From: Xylanibacter ruminicola 23
GTDB taxonomy: Bacteria > Bacteroidota > Bacteroidia > Bacteroidales > Bacteroidaceae
DNA length: 32,000 bases
Assembly (NCBI RefSeq): GCF_000025925.1
Contig: NC_014033.1
Span: 1,020,001-1,052,000, forward strand
Reading direction: 5' to 3'
Each line of letters begins with the position of its first letter. The first letter of the stretch is position 1. The notes beneath the pieces are model-generated. The model had not been told where the DNA came from, searched no databases, and worked only from the letters and a program-made list of their open reading frames with translations. A program made the translations under genes and the position numbers. Shown here one piece after another: positions 16,978 to 24,855 of this stretch.

Positions 16978-17520
16978 TTACTTAGCTTTGCCGAGAAAAC
17001 GGAACTTAAAGTTCTTACCCTTAGGTGATGGGAACTGACTACGCGAGTCAACACGGTCGCGCAGATAGTCGATCATGCGCTCATAGCACTCCATACCCGA
17101 GAATGCCTTTACACGAGCAGCAAACTGGGTGTCGCGATACTGGAACTTACCAGTACCAGGTACTAAAAGAACGCGCTTAAAGTCTAAATATCCTTCGTAC
17201 CATCCTTCGTTAATCTCATTCAGTCGCATCAAGGTAGGTGTTACCTTCGAAGGTTGTTCGTTCGACTCTGCCGAATGAACAGCTTTCTTATCTTTGAAGT
17301 CCTGCATGGTAGCAGCTTCGGTCTTTATAATGATAAAATAAACACGAGGATGAACTTTATATCTTTTGGGATAGAAAACGTCGCTTGATGCATACTCACG
17401 AATATCTGCTTCAAGAAGCGGATTCATCTCAATCTCGTCTATCGAACTTAAAAATTCTATAGCCTCGTCTACGGTTGGTACGAGAGTTTCTCGATCAAAA
17501 TATCTTAAGTATAAATTCAT
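16978..17520 (-). CDS. Hypothetical cytoplasmic protein (180 aa)
   Basis: Clean ATG ORF 38 nt downstream of tRNA-Gly and 24 nt upstream of ssb. No TM or signal. Two segments joined by a polar linker. No family recognised. Confidence 0.6.
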   Translation of the reverse strand: MNLYLRYFDRETLVPTVDEAIEFLSSIDEIEMNPLLEADIREYASSDVFYPKRYKVHPRVYFIIIKTEAATMQDFKDKKAVHSAESNEQPSKVTPTLMRLNEINEGWYEGYLDFKRVLLVPGTGKFQYRDTQFAARVKAFSGMECYERMIDYLRDRVDSRSQFPSPKGKNFKFRFLGKAK

Positions 17521-17558
17521 GTTTGTTTTGAAAAAGATGTTGTTTTCCTATAAAGAAG

Positions 17559-17631
17559 AGCGGAAAACGGGACTCGGACCCGCGACCCCAACCTTGGCAA
17601 GGTTGTGCTCTACCAACTGAGCTATTTCCGC
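17559..17631 (-). tRNA. tRNA-Gly (anticodon GCC)
   Basis: The reverse complement GCGGAAATAGCTCAGTTGGTAGAGCACAACCTTGCCAAGGTTGGGGTCGCGGGTCCGAGTCCCGTTTTCCGCT folds as a 73-nt cloverleaf with anticodon loop CTTGCCAAG. Confidence 0.9.
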
Positions 17632-17650
17632 AAGAATATCAATTAAAAAA

Positions 17651-17737
17651 TGGTGAAGAGGAGGAGACTCGAACTCCCACGTCGCAATTGACACTACCCC
17701 CTCAAAGTAGCGCGTCTACCAATTCCGCCACCTCTCC
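17651..17737 (-). tRNA. tRNA-Leu (anticodon GAG), class II, CCA encoded
   Basis: The reverse complement GGAGAGGTGGCGGAATTGGTAGACGCG-CTACT-TTGAGGG-GGTAG- has a long variable arm, a GGGAGTTCGAGTCTCCT T-arm, and the acceptor 3' strand CCTCTTC followed by ACCA. Confidence 0.85.
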
Positions 17738-17760
17738 AACATACGCTGAATAAAAAAGAG

Positions 17761-17842
17761 TGCCCAGAACAGGACTCGAACCTGCACGCCTTGCGGCACA
17801 CGCACCTGAAACGTGCGCGTCTACCAATTCCGCCACCTGGGC
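17761..17842 (-). tRNA. tRNA-Leu (anticodon CAG), class II
   Basis: The reverse complement GCCCAGGTGGCGGAATTGGTAGACGCG-CACGT-TTCAGGT-GCGTG- has a variable arm and the T-arm GCAGGTTCGAGTCCTGT. The acceptor closes with TCTGGGCA. Confidence 0.85.
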
Positions 17843-17892
17843 ATTTTGTCATTAAGGCCATTCCTTAACGTCTCTTTTTTGTTCAACAAGTG

Positions 17893-17965
17893 AGCGGAAA
17901 ACGGGACTCGGACCCGCGACCCCAACCTTGGCAAGGTTGTGCTCTACCAACTGAGCTATTTCCGC
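17893..17965 (-). tRNA. tRNA-Gly (anticodon GCC), identical second copy
   Basis: The 73 nt are identical to 17559-17631. Confidence 0.9.
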
Positions 17966-18006
17966 GTTGTTCTCTTTATCAGAGGCATCTCTCTTGATTG
18001 CGGGTG

Positions 18007-18037
18007 CAAAGGTAATGCTTTTTTTTGAACTGACAAA
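18007..18037 (-). promoter_or_regulatory. Promoter of the tRNA Gly-Leu-Leu-Gly array
   Basis: On the minus strand: TTTG (rc of 18034-18037), 19-nt spacer, TACCTTTG (rc of 18007-18014), followed by CACCCGCAA. It lies 41 nt upstream of the first tRNA, with an A-rich upstream tract. Confidence 0.65.
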
Positions 18038-18098
18038 CTTTTCAGCGATTTTTTTTTGAAAAAAGTGCCATTTTATCGATTTGTTTACAAAAACAGCA

Positions 18099-19220
18099 CT
18101 AATCCATGCGATTTCGGTAGTCTTCGTACCCAAAACTGCGTAAAATCTCTAATTTGCCATTTGCATGCAACATACCTATAGCTGGATGTGAAATTCCGTT
18201 AAAAGTGCAAGTTTTTACGGTTGTGTAGTGAATCATATCCTCGAAAATAATTTCTTCACCAACTTTTAATTCGTGATCAAAAAGCCACGAACCCATAAAA
18301 TCGCCACTCAAACAACTGTTACCTCCCAAACGATAAGTCATAGGTTCGGTAGCTTTTTCCATCTCTACTATCTCGGCACCTCGTACTTCGGGCATGTATG
18401 GCATCTCCAAACAGTCGGGCATGTGGCAGGTAAAGCTTACATCAAGAATGGCAGTTTTAATACCTTTGTCTTCTACGATATCTACTACGTGCGATACCAA
18501 AGGGCCGGTTTGCCATGCAAAAGCACTACCTGGTTCCAGAATAATCTTCAACCATGGATAGCGTTTCTTAAAGTCGTGTATGATTTTAATAAGCAGTTCT
18601 ACATCGTAATCTTTGCGAGTCATCAGATGACCGCCACCAAAATTAATCCATTTGAGTTGTGGAAACCACTTGGCAAATTTCTCCTCGATGTGTACCAGTG
18701 TGCGTTGGAATACATCTGGTCCGCTTTCGCAGAGTGTGTGACAGTGGAAGCCTTCGATGTCGGCAGGTAACTGCTCGGGTAATTTGTCGGCAGTAATACC
18801 AAAACGGGTACCAGGTGCGCATGGATTATATAATAAGGTACTAACCTCGGAGTATTCGGGATTAACACGCAAACCTAATGATGCCGATTTGGCTTGCTCG
18901 TGGAATCGCTCATATTGCGAAAGCGAGTTGAATGTGATATGCGATGAACATTTCACAATCTCGGGGAACTCCTCTTCGGTATAGGCTGGCGAGTATGTGT
19001 GGGCGGGTGCCTTAAACTCCTCGAATGCCAAACGGGCCTCCGACAGCGAACTTGCTGTGGTGCTGTTAATGTACTCACGGAAAATGGGGAATGTCTTCCA
19101 AAGGGCAAAAGCCTTGAAAGCAAGTATAACCTCAATATCGGCTTTCGCCGCAACTTCAGCAATCAAACTGAGGTTACGGCGAAGCTTTGTTTCTTCTATA
19201 ATATAAATAGGTGTATTCAT
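18099..19220 (-). CDS. nspC: Carboxy(nor)spermidine decarboxylase (373 aa)
   Basis: The length and sequence (MNTPIYIIEETKLRRNLSLIAEV...ILAFKAFALW..., ...NFGGGH...) are typical of the NspC/CASDC branch of the alanine racemase-fold decarboxylases. Confidence 0.8.
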   Translation of the reverse strand: MNTPIYIIEETKLRRNLSLIAEVAAKADIEVILAFKAFALWKTFPIFREYINSTTASSLSEARLAFEEFKAPAHTYSPAYTEEEFPEIVKCSSHITFNSLSQYERFHEQAKSASLGLRVNPEYSEVSTLLYNPCAPGTRFGITADKLPEQLPADIEGFHCHTLCESGPDVFQRTLVHIEEKFAKWFPQLKWINFGGGHLMTRKDYDVELLIKIIHDFKKRYPWLKIILEPGSAFAWQTGPLVSHVVDIVEDKGIKTAILDVSFTCHMPDCLEMPYMPEVRGAEIVEMEKATEPMTYRLGGNSCLSGDFMGSWLFDHELKVGEEIIFEDMIHYTTVKTCTFNGISHPAIGMLHANGKLEILRSFGYEDYRNRMD

Positions 19221-20362
19221 TATTTCTTTAGTGGAACAGTAAAACTAAAAGTACTACCTTGACCTTCGATAGATTCTACATAACAATCACCGCCATTCTT
19301 ACGGGCAAAGTCCTGACAGAGTTGGAGTCCAAGTCCCGAACCTTCTTCGCCGCCGGTTCCGTAGGTGGTGTCGCCCTTGCGGAAAATAGAGCCGATACGA
19401 TCGGCTGCGATACCCACACCATGGTCGGTTACGCTGATCTTTGCGAAATCACCTTCGGCAACCATGCTGATCTCGATGGTAGAATTCTCTGGTGAGAACT
19501 TGATGGCATTCGACAGAAAGTTACGCATCACTGTTTTAAGCATATCGTTATCAGCAGTTACAATCAGATTGCTTGCTGATGGCTGAAGAACTAACTTGAT
19601 GTGCTTGGTTTGTGCAATCATCTCGAATATCTCAACCACACCAGGAATGATATCGTTCAAATCCAGATCCTGAACTACCACGCTCAAACGACCTGTCTGA
19701 CTCTTAGTCCATTTCAGCAGATTGTCCAGCAGGTCGTGAACATCTTCTGATTCACGATTGGCTTTATCAAGCAGTTCGTAAAGTTCGGCGCCTACGGTTT
19801 CGGGCGAAGTTGATGCAACTACCAGATTCAATACCATTCGGATGCTGGCCATTGGCGAACGAAGATCGTGAGCAATTACCGAGTACATCTTATCGCGGTT
19901 CGAAAGTGTGGCGCGCAGGTCGCGGTTCTGCTGCTCGATGATACGCTTGGCGGCTACCAGCGAAATCTGCTGCATCACACGCATAACCAGTTCTTCCTTA
20001 TTAAAAGGCTTGGTCAGAAAGTCGTTAGCACCTACCTGGAATCCATGTACCAGATCCTGAGGTGTATTCAATGCCGTGAGGAAGATAATGGGAATATCCT
20101 TTGTCTCTTCGTCTTTCTTCAGGATTACTGCTGTATCAAAACCGCTGATATCGGGCATCATTACATCAAGCAGAATCAGGTCGGGATGTTCCTTCTTGGC
20201 CTGCTCAATACATGTGGTGCCGTTATTGGCGGTACATACCTGAAATTTCTCGTTTGTCAGCAATATCTTCAAAAGTAAGACATTACTAACAACGTCGTCT
20301 ACAATAAGTACTTTGTACTCACTGCGGTTTATTTTGGATTCAAGTGTATCTGCTACGTCCAT
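19220..20362 (-). CDS. Cytoplasmic hybrid signalling protein: N-terminal REC, then HisKA and HATPase_c (380 aa)
   Basis: REC (KVLIVDDVVSN...DLILLDVMMPD...FLTKPF). H-box YSVIAHDLRSPMASI. N/G boxes (LSNAIKFSP, TDHGVGI, GSGLGLQLC). No TM. The ATG at 20360-20362 is preferred over the tracked TTG at 20428. The stop overlaps the nspC ATG (TAATG). Confidence 0.85.
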   Translation of the reverse strand: MDVADTLESKINRSEYKVLIVDDVVSNVLLLKILLTNEKFQVCTANNGTTCIEQAKKEHPDLILLDVMMPDISGFDTAVILKKDEETKDIPIIFLTALNTPQDLVHGFQVGANDFLTKPFNKEELVMRVMQQISLVAAKRIIEQQNRDLRATLSNRDKMYSVIAHDLRSPMASIRMVLNLVVASTSPETVGAELYELLDKANRESEDVHDLLDNLLKWTKSQTGRLSVVVQDLDLNDIIPGVVEIFEMIAQTKHIKLVLQPSASNLIVTADNDMLKTVMRNFLSNAIKFSPENSTIEISMVAEGDFAKISVTDHGVGIAADRIGSIFRKGDTTYGTGGEEGSGLGLQLCQDFARKNGGDCYVESIEGQGSTFSFTVPLKK

Positions 20363-20397
20363 GCCTGTAGGGTCAGTAATTGTTGATATTAACTTTG

Positions 20398-20429
20398 CAA
20401 AAATAGTGCAATAATTTGAAATAACCAAA
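20398..20429 (-). promoter_or_regulatory. Promoter of the REC-kinase/nspC operon
   Basis: On the minus strand: TTTG (rc of 20426-20429), 20-nt spacer, TATTTTTG (rc of 20398-20405), 35 nt before the ATG at 20362. Confidence 0.5.
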
Positions 20430-20485
20430 TTATTACACCATTTTTTTGCGTTTTAGGGCGAATATAGGCCTTTTAGGCCCCTATT

Positions 20486-23400
20486 CTACCTATATTCTGA
20501 CCAAGATTTGATACCAATTTCGTTCAGTTTAATGCTACAGAATGCATGGATAAATGCACTTGCCAGTCGACTGTTGGTAATCAGTGGTACGTTCAGATCG
20601 ATGGCTGCACGACGAATCTTGTAGCCGTTGGTAAGCTCATGGGTAGTAAGATTCTTAGGAATGTTCACTACCATGTCGATCTTGTGCTCATGCAGCAGAT
20701 CGAGTGCCTGTGGCTGGGCGTTGTCAGATGGCCAGTGTACCAGTGTGTTGGCAATGCCGTTGTCGGTAAGGTACTTTGAGGTACCGCCTGTAGCATACAG
20801 CTCGTAGCCGTTTTCAACCAGCTGTCGGGCGGCATCCAGCATCTCTGCCTTCTGCTTGGCCGAACCTGTTGAGAGCAGAACTGTCTTCTTTGGAATGCGA
20901 TGACCAACGCTGAGCATAGCCTTGAGCAGTGCAGTGTTGGTGTTATCACCGATACAGCCTACCTCACCGGTAGATGCCATATCTACACCCAGTACGGGGT
21001 CGGCCTTCTGCAGACGGTTAAAGCTGAACTGCGAAGCCTTGATACCTACATAGTCGAGGTCGAACAGGTTTTTCTTGGGCTTCTCTACAGGCAGACCGAG
21101 CATAACCTTAGTGGCCAGATCGATGAGGTTCAGCTTGAGCACCTTGCTTACGAATGGGAAACTACGCGATGCGCGCAGGTTACACTCGATAACCAGGATG
21201 TCGTTCTCGCGAGCCATATACTGGATGTTGAACGGACCATTGATGTGCAGGGCCTTGGCAATCTGGCGTGAGATACGCTTGATACGGCGAACGGTCTCAA
21301 CATACAGTTTCTGTGGTGGGAACTGGATGGTAGCGTCGCCTGAGTGTACACCGGCAAACTCGATATGTTCGCTGATGGCGTAGGCCATAATCTCACCGTC
21401 CTTAGCCACGGCATCCATCTCGATTTCCTTGGCGTTCTCGATGAATTTCGAAACCACTACAGGGTGATCCTCTGATACGTTGGCTGCCAGCTGCAGGAAC
21501 TTCTCAAGCTCCTCCTTGTTTGAACAAACGTTCATGGCAGCACCCGAGAGTACGTATGATGGACGAACCAGTACAGGGAATCCTACACGGTCAACAAAGT
21601 TGTCGATATCCTCCATCGATGTGAGTGCGCTCCACTCTGGCTGGTTTACACCAATCTCGTTCAGCATCTGCGAGAACTTGGCGCGGTCCTCGGCGCCATC
21701 GATATCAACGGCCTGTGTACCGAGAATGTTCACGTGCTGCTCATCCAGATATACTGCCAGGTTGTTAGGAATCTGACCACCGGTAGATACAATCACACCG
21801 TGAGGCTGTTCCATATCGATGATATCCAATACACGCTCGAATGTAAGCTCGTCGAAGTACAGACGATCACACATGTCGTAGTCGGTAGATACCGTCTCGG
21901 GGTTGTAGTTAATCATCACGCTGCGCCAGCCTTCCTTGCGGATAGTGTTCAGAGCCTGAACACCGCACCAGTCGAACTCTACCGACGAACCGATGCGATA
22001 AGCACCTGAACCAAGTACGATGATACTCTTTTTGTCGTTCTCAAACTGTATGTCGCTGGCTACACCGCTGTAGGTTACATACAGATAGTTAGTTTGCGCG
22101 GGGTATTCGGCAGCCAAAGTGTCGATCTGCTTTACTACAGGCAGGATACCGAACTGCTTACGACGGTTGCGAACCAGCAACGAGGCTTCGTGCATGTTGC
22201 GGCTCTCGCCCTCCAAACCAATAGCGCGGGCAATCTGGAAATCGGTAAATCCGTAAACTTTAGCCTGGCGCAGCAGGTCCTTCTCGATGGTGTTGATATT
22301 CTGTTTCTTCAGCTGCTCGTCGATGTCGATAATGTGCTTCAGTTTCTGCAGGAACCACTTGTCAATCTTGGTCAGTTCGTGAATACGATCGATATCGTAC
22401 TGCTTGTCGTGCATGGCCTTCGAGATGACGAAGATACGCTTATCGGTTGGCTCGCGCAGGGCAGCATCGATATCGTTAATCTTCAGTTCTTTGTTCTCTA
22501 CAAATCCGTGCATGCCCTGACCAATCATACGCAAGCCCTTCTGGATAGCCTCCTCAAAGTTGCGACCGATGGCCATTACCTCGCCTACCGACTTCATCGA
22601 TGAACCGAGCTCCTTATCTACACCATGGAACTTTGAGAGGTCCCAACGTGGAATCTTACAAACCACGTAGTCGAGAGCAGGCTCGAAGAAAGCACTTGTT
22701 GTCTTGGTAACCGAGTTCTTCAGCTCGAACAGTCCGTAGCCCATACCTAATTTGGCAGCTACGAAAGCCAAGGGATAACCAGTGGCCTTTGATGCCAGTG
22801 CTGATGAACGGCTCAAGCGGGCATTTACCTCAATTACACGATAGTCTTCCGACTGTGGGTCGAAAGCATATTGTACGTTACACTCACCTACGATACCGAT
22901 GTGACGGATAATCTTGATGGCCAGTGCACGCAGCTTATGATATTCTGAGTTGGTCAGAGTCTGTGAAGGAGCGATAACGATCGACTCACCTGTGTGGATT
23001 CCCAGGGGGTCGAAGTTCTCCATGTTACATACGGTGATACAGTTATCGTATTTATCGCGTACTACTTCGTACTCAATTTCCTTCCATCCCTTCAGCGATT
23101 TCTCAACCAGCACCTGTGGCGAGAAGGCAAAGGCTTTCTCGGCCAGCTTGTTGAGCTCCTCTTCGTTGTCGCAGAAACCAGAACCCAGACCGCCGAGTGC
23201 GTATGCTGCACGCAGGATAACTGGATAGCCCAGTGCCTTAGCGGCCTTACGTGCGCTCTCGATATCAGAGCAAGCCTCGCTCTTGATGGTCTTTACGCCA
23301 ATCTCGTCGAGCTTCTTTACAAACAGCTCGCGGTCCTCGGTATCCATGATAGCCTGTACAGGTGTACCCAGTACCTTTACGCCATACTTCTCCAGTACGC

Positions 23401-23713
23401 CGCTCTGGTAAAGCTCAACACCGCAGTTCAGAGCAGTCTGACCACCGAATGCCAGCAGGATGCCATCGGGGCGCTCCTTCTCGATTACTCGCTCTACGAA
23501 ATAAGGCTGAACAGGCAGGAAGTAAATCTCGTCGGCTACACCCTCTGATGTCTGCACGGTGGCGATGTTAGGGTTAATCAAAACTGTTTTTACACCCTCT
23601 TCGCGCAGTGCTTTCAGAGCCTGCGAACCACTATAGTCAAACTCTCCGGCCTCGCCTATCTTCAATGCGCCGCTACCCAGCAACAGCACTTTCTTTATAT
23701 TATTATCTTTCAT
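20486..23713 (-). CDS. carB: Carbamoyl-phosphate synthase large subunit (1075 aa)
   Basis: Duplicated ATP-grasp architecture and conserved CarB sequence throughout (MKDNNIKKVLLLGSGALKIGEAGEFDYSGSQA..., a second KSIIVLGSGAYRIGSSVEFDWC...), with an MGS-like C-terminus. Confidence 0.95.
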   Translation of the reverse strand: MKDNNIKKVLLLGSGALKIGEAGEFDYSGSQALKALREEGVKTVLINPNIATVQTSEGVADEIYFLPVQPYFVERVIEKERPDGILLAFGGQTALNCGVELYQSGVLEKYGVKVLGTPVQAIMDTEDRELFVKKLDEIGVKTIKSEACSDIESARKAAKALGYPVILRAAYALGGLGSGFCDNEEELNKLAEKAFAFSPQVLVEKSLKGWKEIEYEVVRDKYDNCITVCNMENFDPLGIHTGESIVIAPSQTLTNSEYHKLRALAIKIIRHIGIVGECNVQYAFDPQSEDYRVIEVNARLSRSSALASKATGYPLAFVAAKLGMGYGLFELKNSVTKTTSAFFEPALDYVVCKIPRWDLSKFHGVDKELGSSMKSVGEVMAIGRNFEEAIQKGLRMIGQGMHGFVENKELKINDIDAALREPTDKRIFVISKAMHDKQYDIDRIHELTKIDKWFLQKLKHIIDIDEQLKKQNINTIEKDLLRQAKVYGFTDFQIARAIGLEGESRNMHEASLLVRNRRKQFGILPVVKQIDTLAAEYPAQTNYLYVTYSGVASDIQFENDKKSIIVLGSGAYRIGSSVEFDWCGVQALNTIRKEGWRSVMINYNPETVSTDYDMCDRLYFDELTFERVLDIIDMEQPHGVIVSTGGQIPNNLAVYLDEQHVNILGTQAVDIDGAEDRAKFSQMLNEIGVNQPEWSALTSMEDIDNFVDRVGFPVLVRPSYVLSGAAMNVCSNKEELEKFLQLAANVSEDHPVVVSKFIENAKEIEMDAVAKDGEIMAYAISEHIEFAGVHSGDATIQFPPQKLYVETVRRIKRISRQIAKALHINGPFNIQYMARENDILVIECNLRASRSFPFVSKVLKLNLIDLATKVMLGLPVEKPKKNLFDLDYVGIKASQFSFNRLQKADPVLGVDMASTGEVGCIGDNTNTALLKAMLSVGHRIPKKTVLLSTGSAKQKAEMLDAARQLVENGYELYATGGTSKYLTDNGIANTLVHWPSDNAQPQALDLLHEHKIDMVVNIPKNLTTHELTNGYKIRRAAIDLNVPLITNSRLASAFIHAFCSIKLNEIGIKSWSEYR

Positions 23714-24783
23714 AATGTCTCAATAAAACGGTCAAACATAAATTCTGTGTCAACGGGGCCTGAGCAAGCCTCGGGGTGGAACTGGCTCGAGAACCAGGGC
23801 AATGAGAGATGACGGATACCCTCGTTCGAACCGTCGTTCATGTTTACAAACAGCTCGCGCCAGTCGTTACCCAGTGTGGCAGCATCTACAGCGTAGCCGT
23901 GGTTCTGTGATGTAACGTAGCAGCGGTTGGTGCCTACCTCGCGAACTGGCTGGTTGTGCGAACGGTGTCCGTACTTCAGCTTGTAGATGGTTGCGCCGCC
24001 GGCCTTAGCCAGCAACTGGTTACCCATACAGATACCGCAGATAGGCTTGCGCGATGCCGACATCTGTTTTTTCAGAATCTCTACAGCGTCCACGCACATG
24101 TCGGGATCGCCAGGACCGTTAGCCAGGAACAGTCCGTCGAACTCCATGTTGGTGTAGTCGTAGTTCCAGGGCACGCGGATTACCTCAACGCCGCGGTTAA
24201 CCAGGCAGCGGATAATATTGTTCTTTACACCGCAGTCAACCAGCACTACCTTGCGGCCAGCGCCTTCGTTGTAGCGGATAATGTCTTTGCAGCTTACTTT
24301 GTCTACCCAGTTGATGCCCTCGTACTCGGCTGTAGGGATGTTGTCGGGCTCGTCGTCAAAAATAATCTGTCCCATCATCACACCGTGCTCGCGCAGTACT
24401 TTGGTAAGTTCGCGTGTGTCGATGCCTGTAATGCCGGGTACACCCTCGCGCTTCAGCCAGTCGGCCAAGCTCTCGGTGGCATTCCAATGTGAGTACTGCT
24501 CGCTGTAGTCGCTCACGATGATGGCCGAAGCATAAATCTTGTCGCTCTCCATAAAGGTTGCCAGTCCATTATTTTCAATGCTGAATGGTGGTACTCCGTA
24601 GTTACCTACCAGCGGATAGGTAAGTGTCATCAACTGTCCGGCATAGCTGGGGTCGGTAAGGCTCTCGGGATAACCCATCATAGCCGTATTAAATACCACC
24701 TCACCAGCTACGGGTTTCTCGCTACCGAAACTCTTGCCGTGAAATTTAGTTCCGTCCGAAAGGACCAGTGTTACATCTCTCAT
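23710..24783 (-). CDS. carA: Carbamoyl-phosphate synthase small (glutaminase) subunit (357 aa)
   Basis: CarA N-domain plus class-I amidotransferase (catalytic ICGICMGNQLL, ...QFHPEA). The stop overlaps the carB start by 4 nt. Confidence 0.95.
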   Translation of the reverse strand: MRDVTLVLSDGTKFHGKSFGSEKPVAGEVVFNTAMMGYPESLTDPSYAGQLMTLTYPLVGNYGVPPFSIENNGLATFMESDKIYASAIIVSDYSEQYSHWNATESLADWLKREGVPGITGIDTRELTKVLREHGVMMGQIIFDDEPDNIPTAEYEGINWVDKVSCKDIIRYNEGAGRKVVLVDCGVKNNIIRCLVNRGVEVIRVPWNYDYTNMEFDGLFLANGPGDPDMCVDAVEILKKQMSASRKPICGICMGNQLLAKAGGATIYKLKYGHRSHNQPVREVGTNRCYVTSQNHGYAVDAATLGNDWRELFVNMNDGSNEGIRHLSLPWFSSQFHPEACSGPVDTEFMFDRFIETL

Positions 24784-24812
24784 ATTCTTTCCTTATAATC
24801 TAAATATATTCT

Positions 24813-24849
24813 TTATAAAAAAGGCGAAACGTTTAAAAACGAATCGCCT
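24813..24849 (-). terminator. Intrinsic terminator after glmS
   Basis: Minus-strand RNA is AGGCGAUUCGUUU..AAACGUUUCGCCU (arms at 24822-24834 and 24837-24849, 6 bp + 2-nt internal loop + 4-5 bp), followed by UUUUUAU. It lies 6 nt after the glmS stop. Confidence 0.65.
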
Positions 24850-24855
24850 CAAATA

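Noticed and set aside
17559-17965. Identical 73-nt direct repeats flanking about 260 nt, and identical 74-nt repeats at 26861-27042. These were considered as att sites, a mobile element or a CRISPR-like array.
   Set aside because: The repeats are complete duplicated tRNA genes (Gly-GCC and Asp-GTC). The material between them is other tRNAs or short spacers. No integrase, transposase or spacer-like periodicity is present anywhere in the window.
17852-18133. 93-aa ORF on the minus strand.
   Set aside because: It spans tRNA-Gly (17893-17965) and the tRNA promoter, so it is an artefact of the open frame.
20390-20397. Plus-strand TAACTTTG box that looks like a -7 element.
   Set aside because: It is part of the palindromic TTTGCAAA core of the minus-strand promoter region. 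There is no plus-strand gene downstream, because carB occupies the opposite strand.
20429-20485. Possible terminator after carB (GGCC-TTTTA-GGCC with partial flanking complementarity).
   Set aside because: The stem is only 4-5 contiguous bp and there is no U-tract on the minus strand. That is too weak to call.
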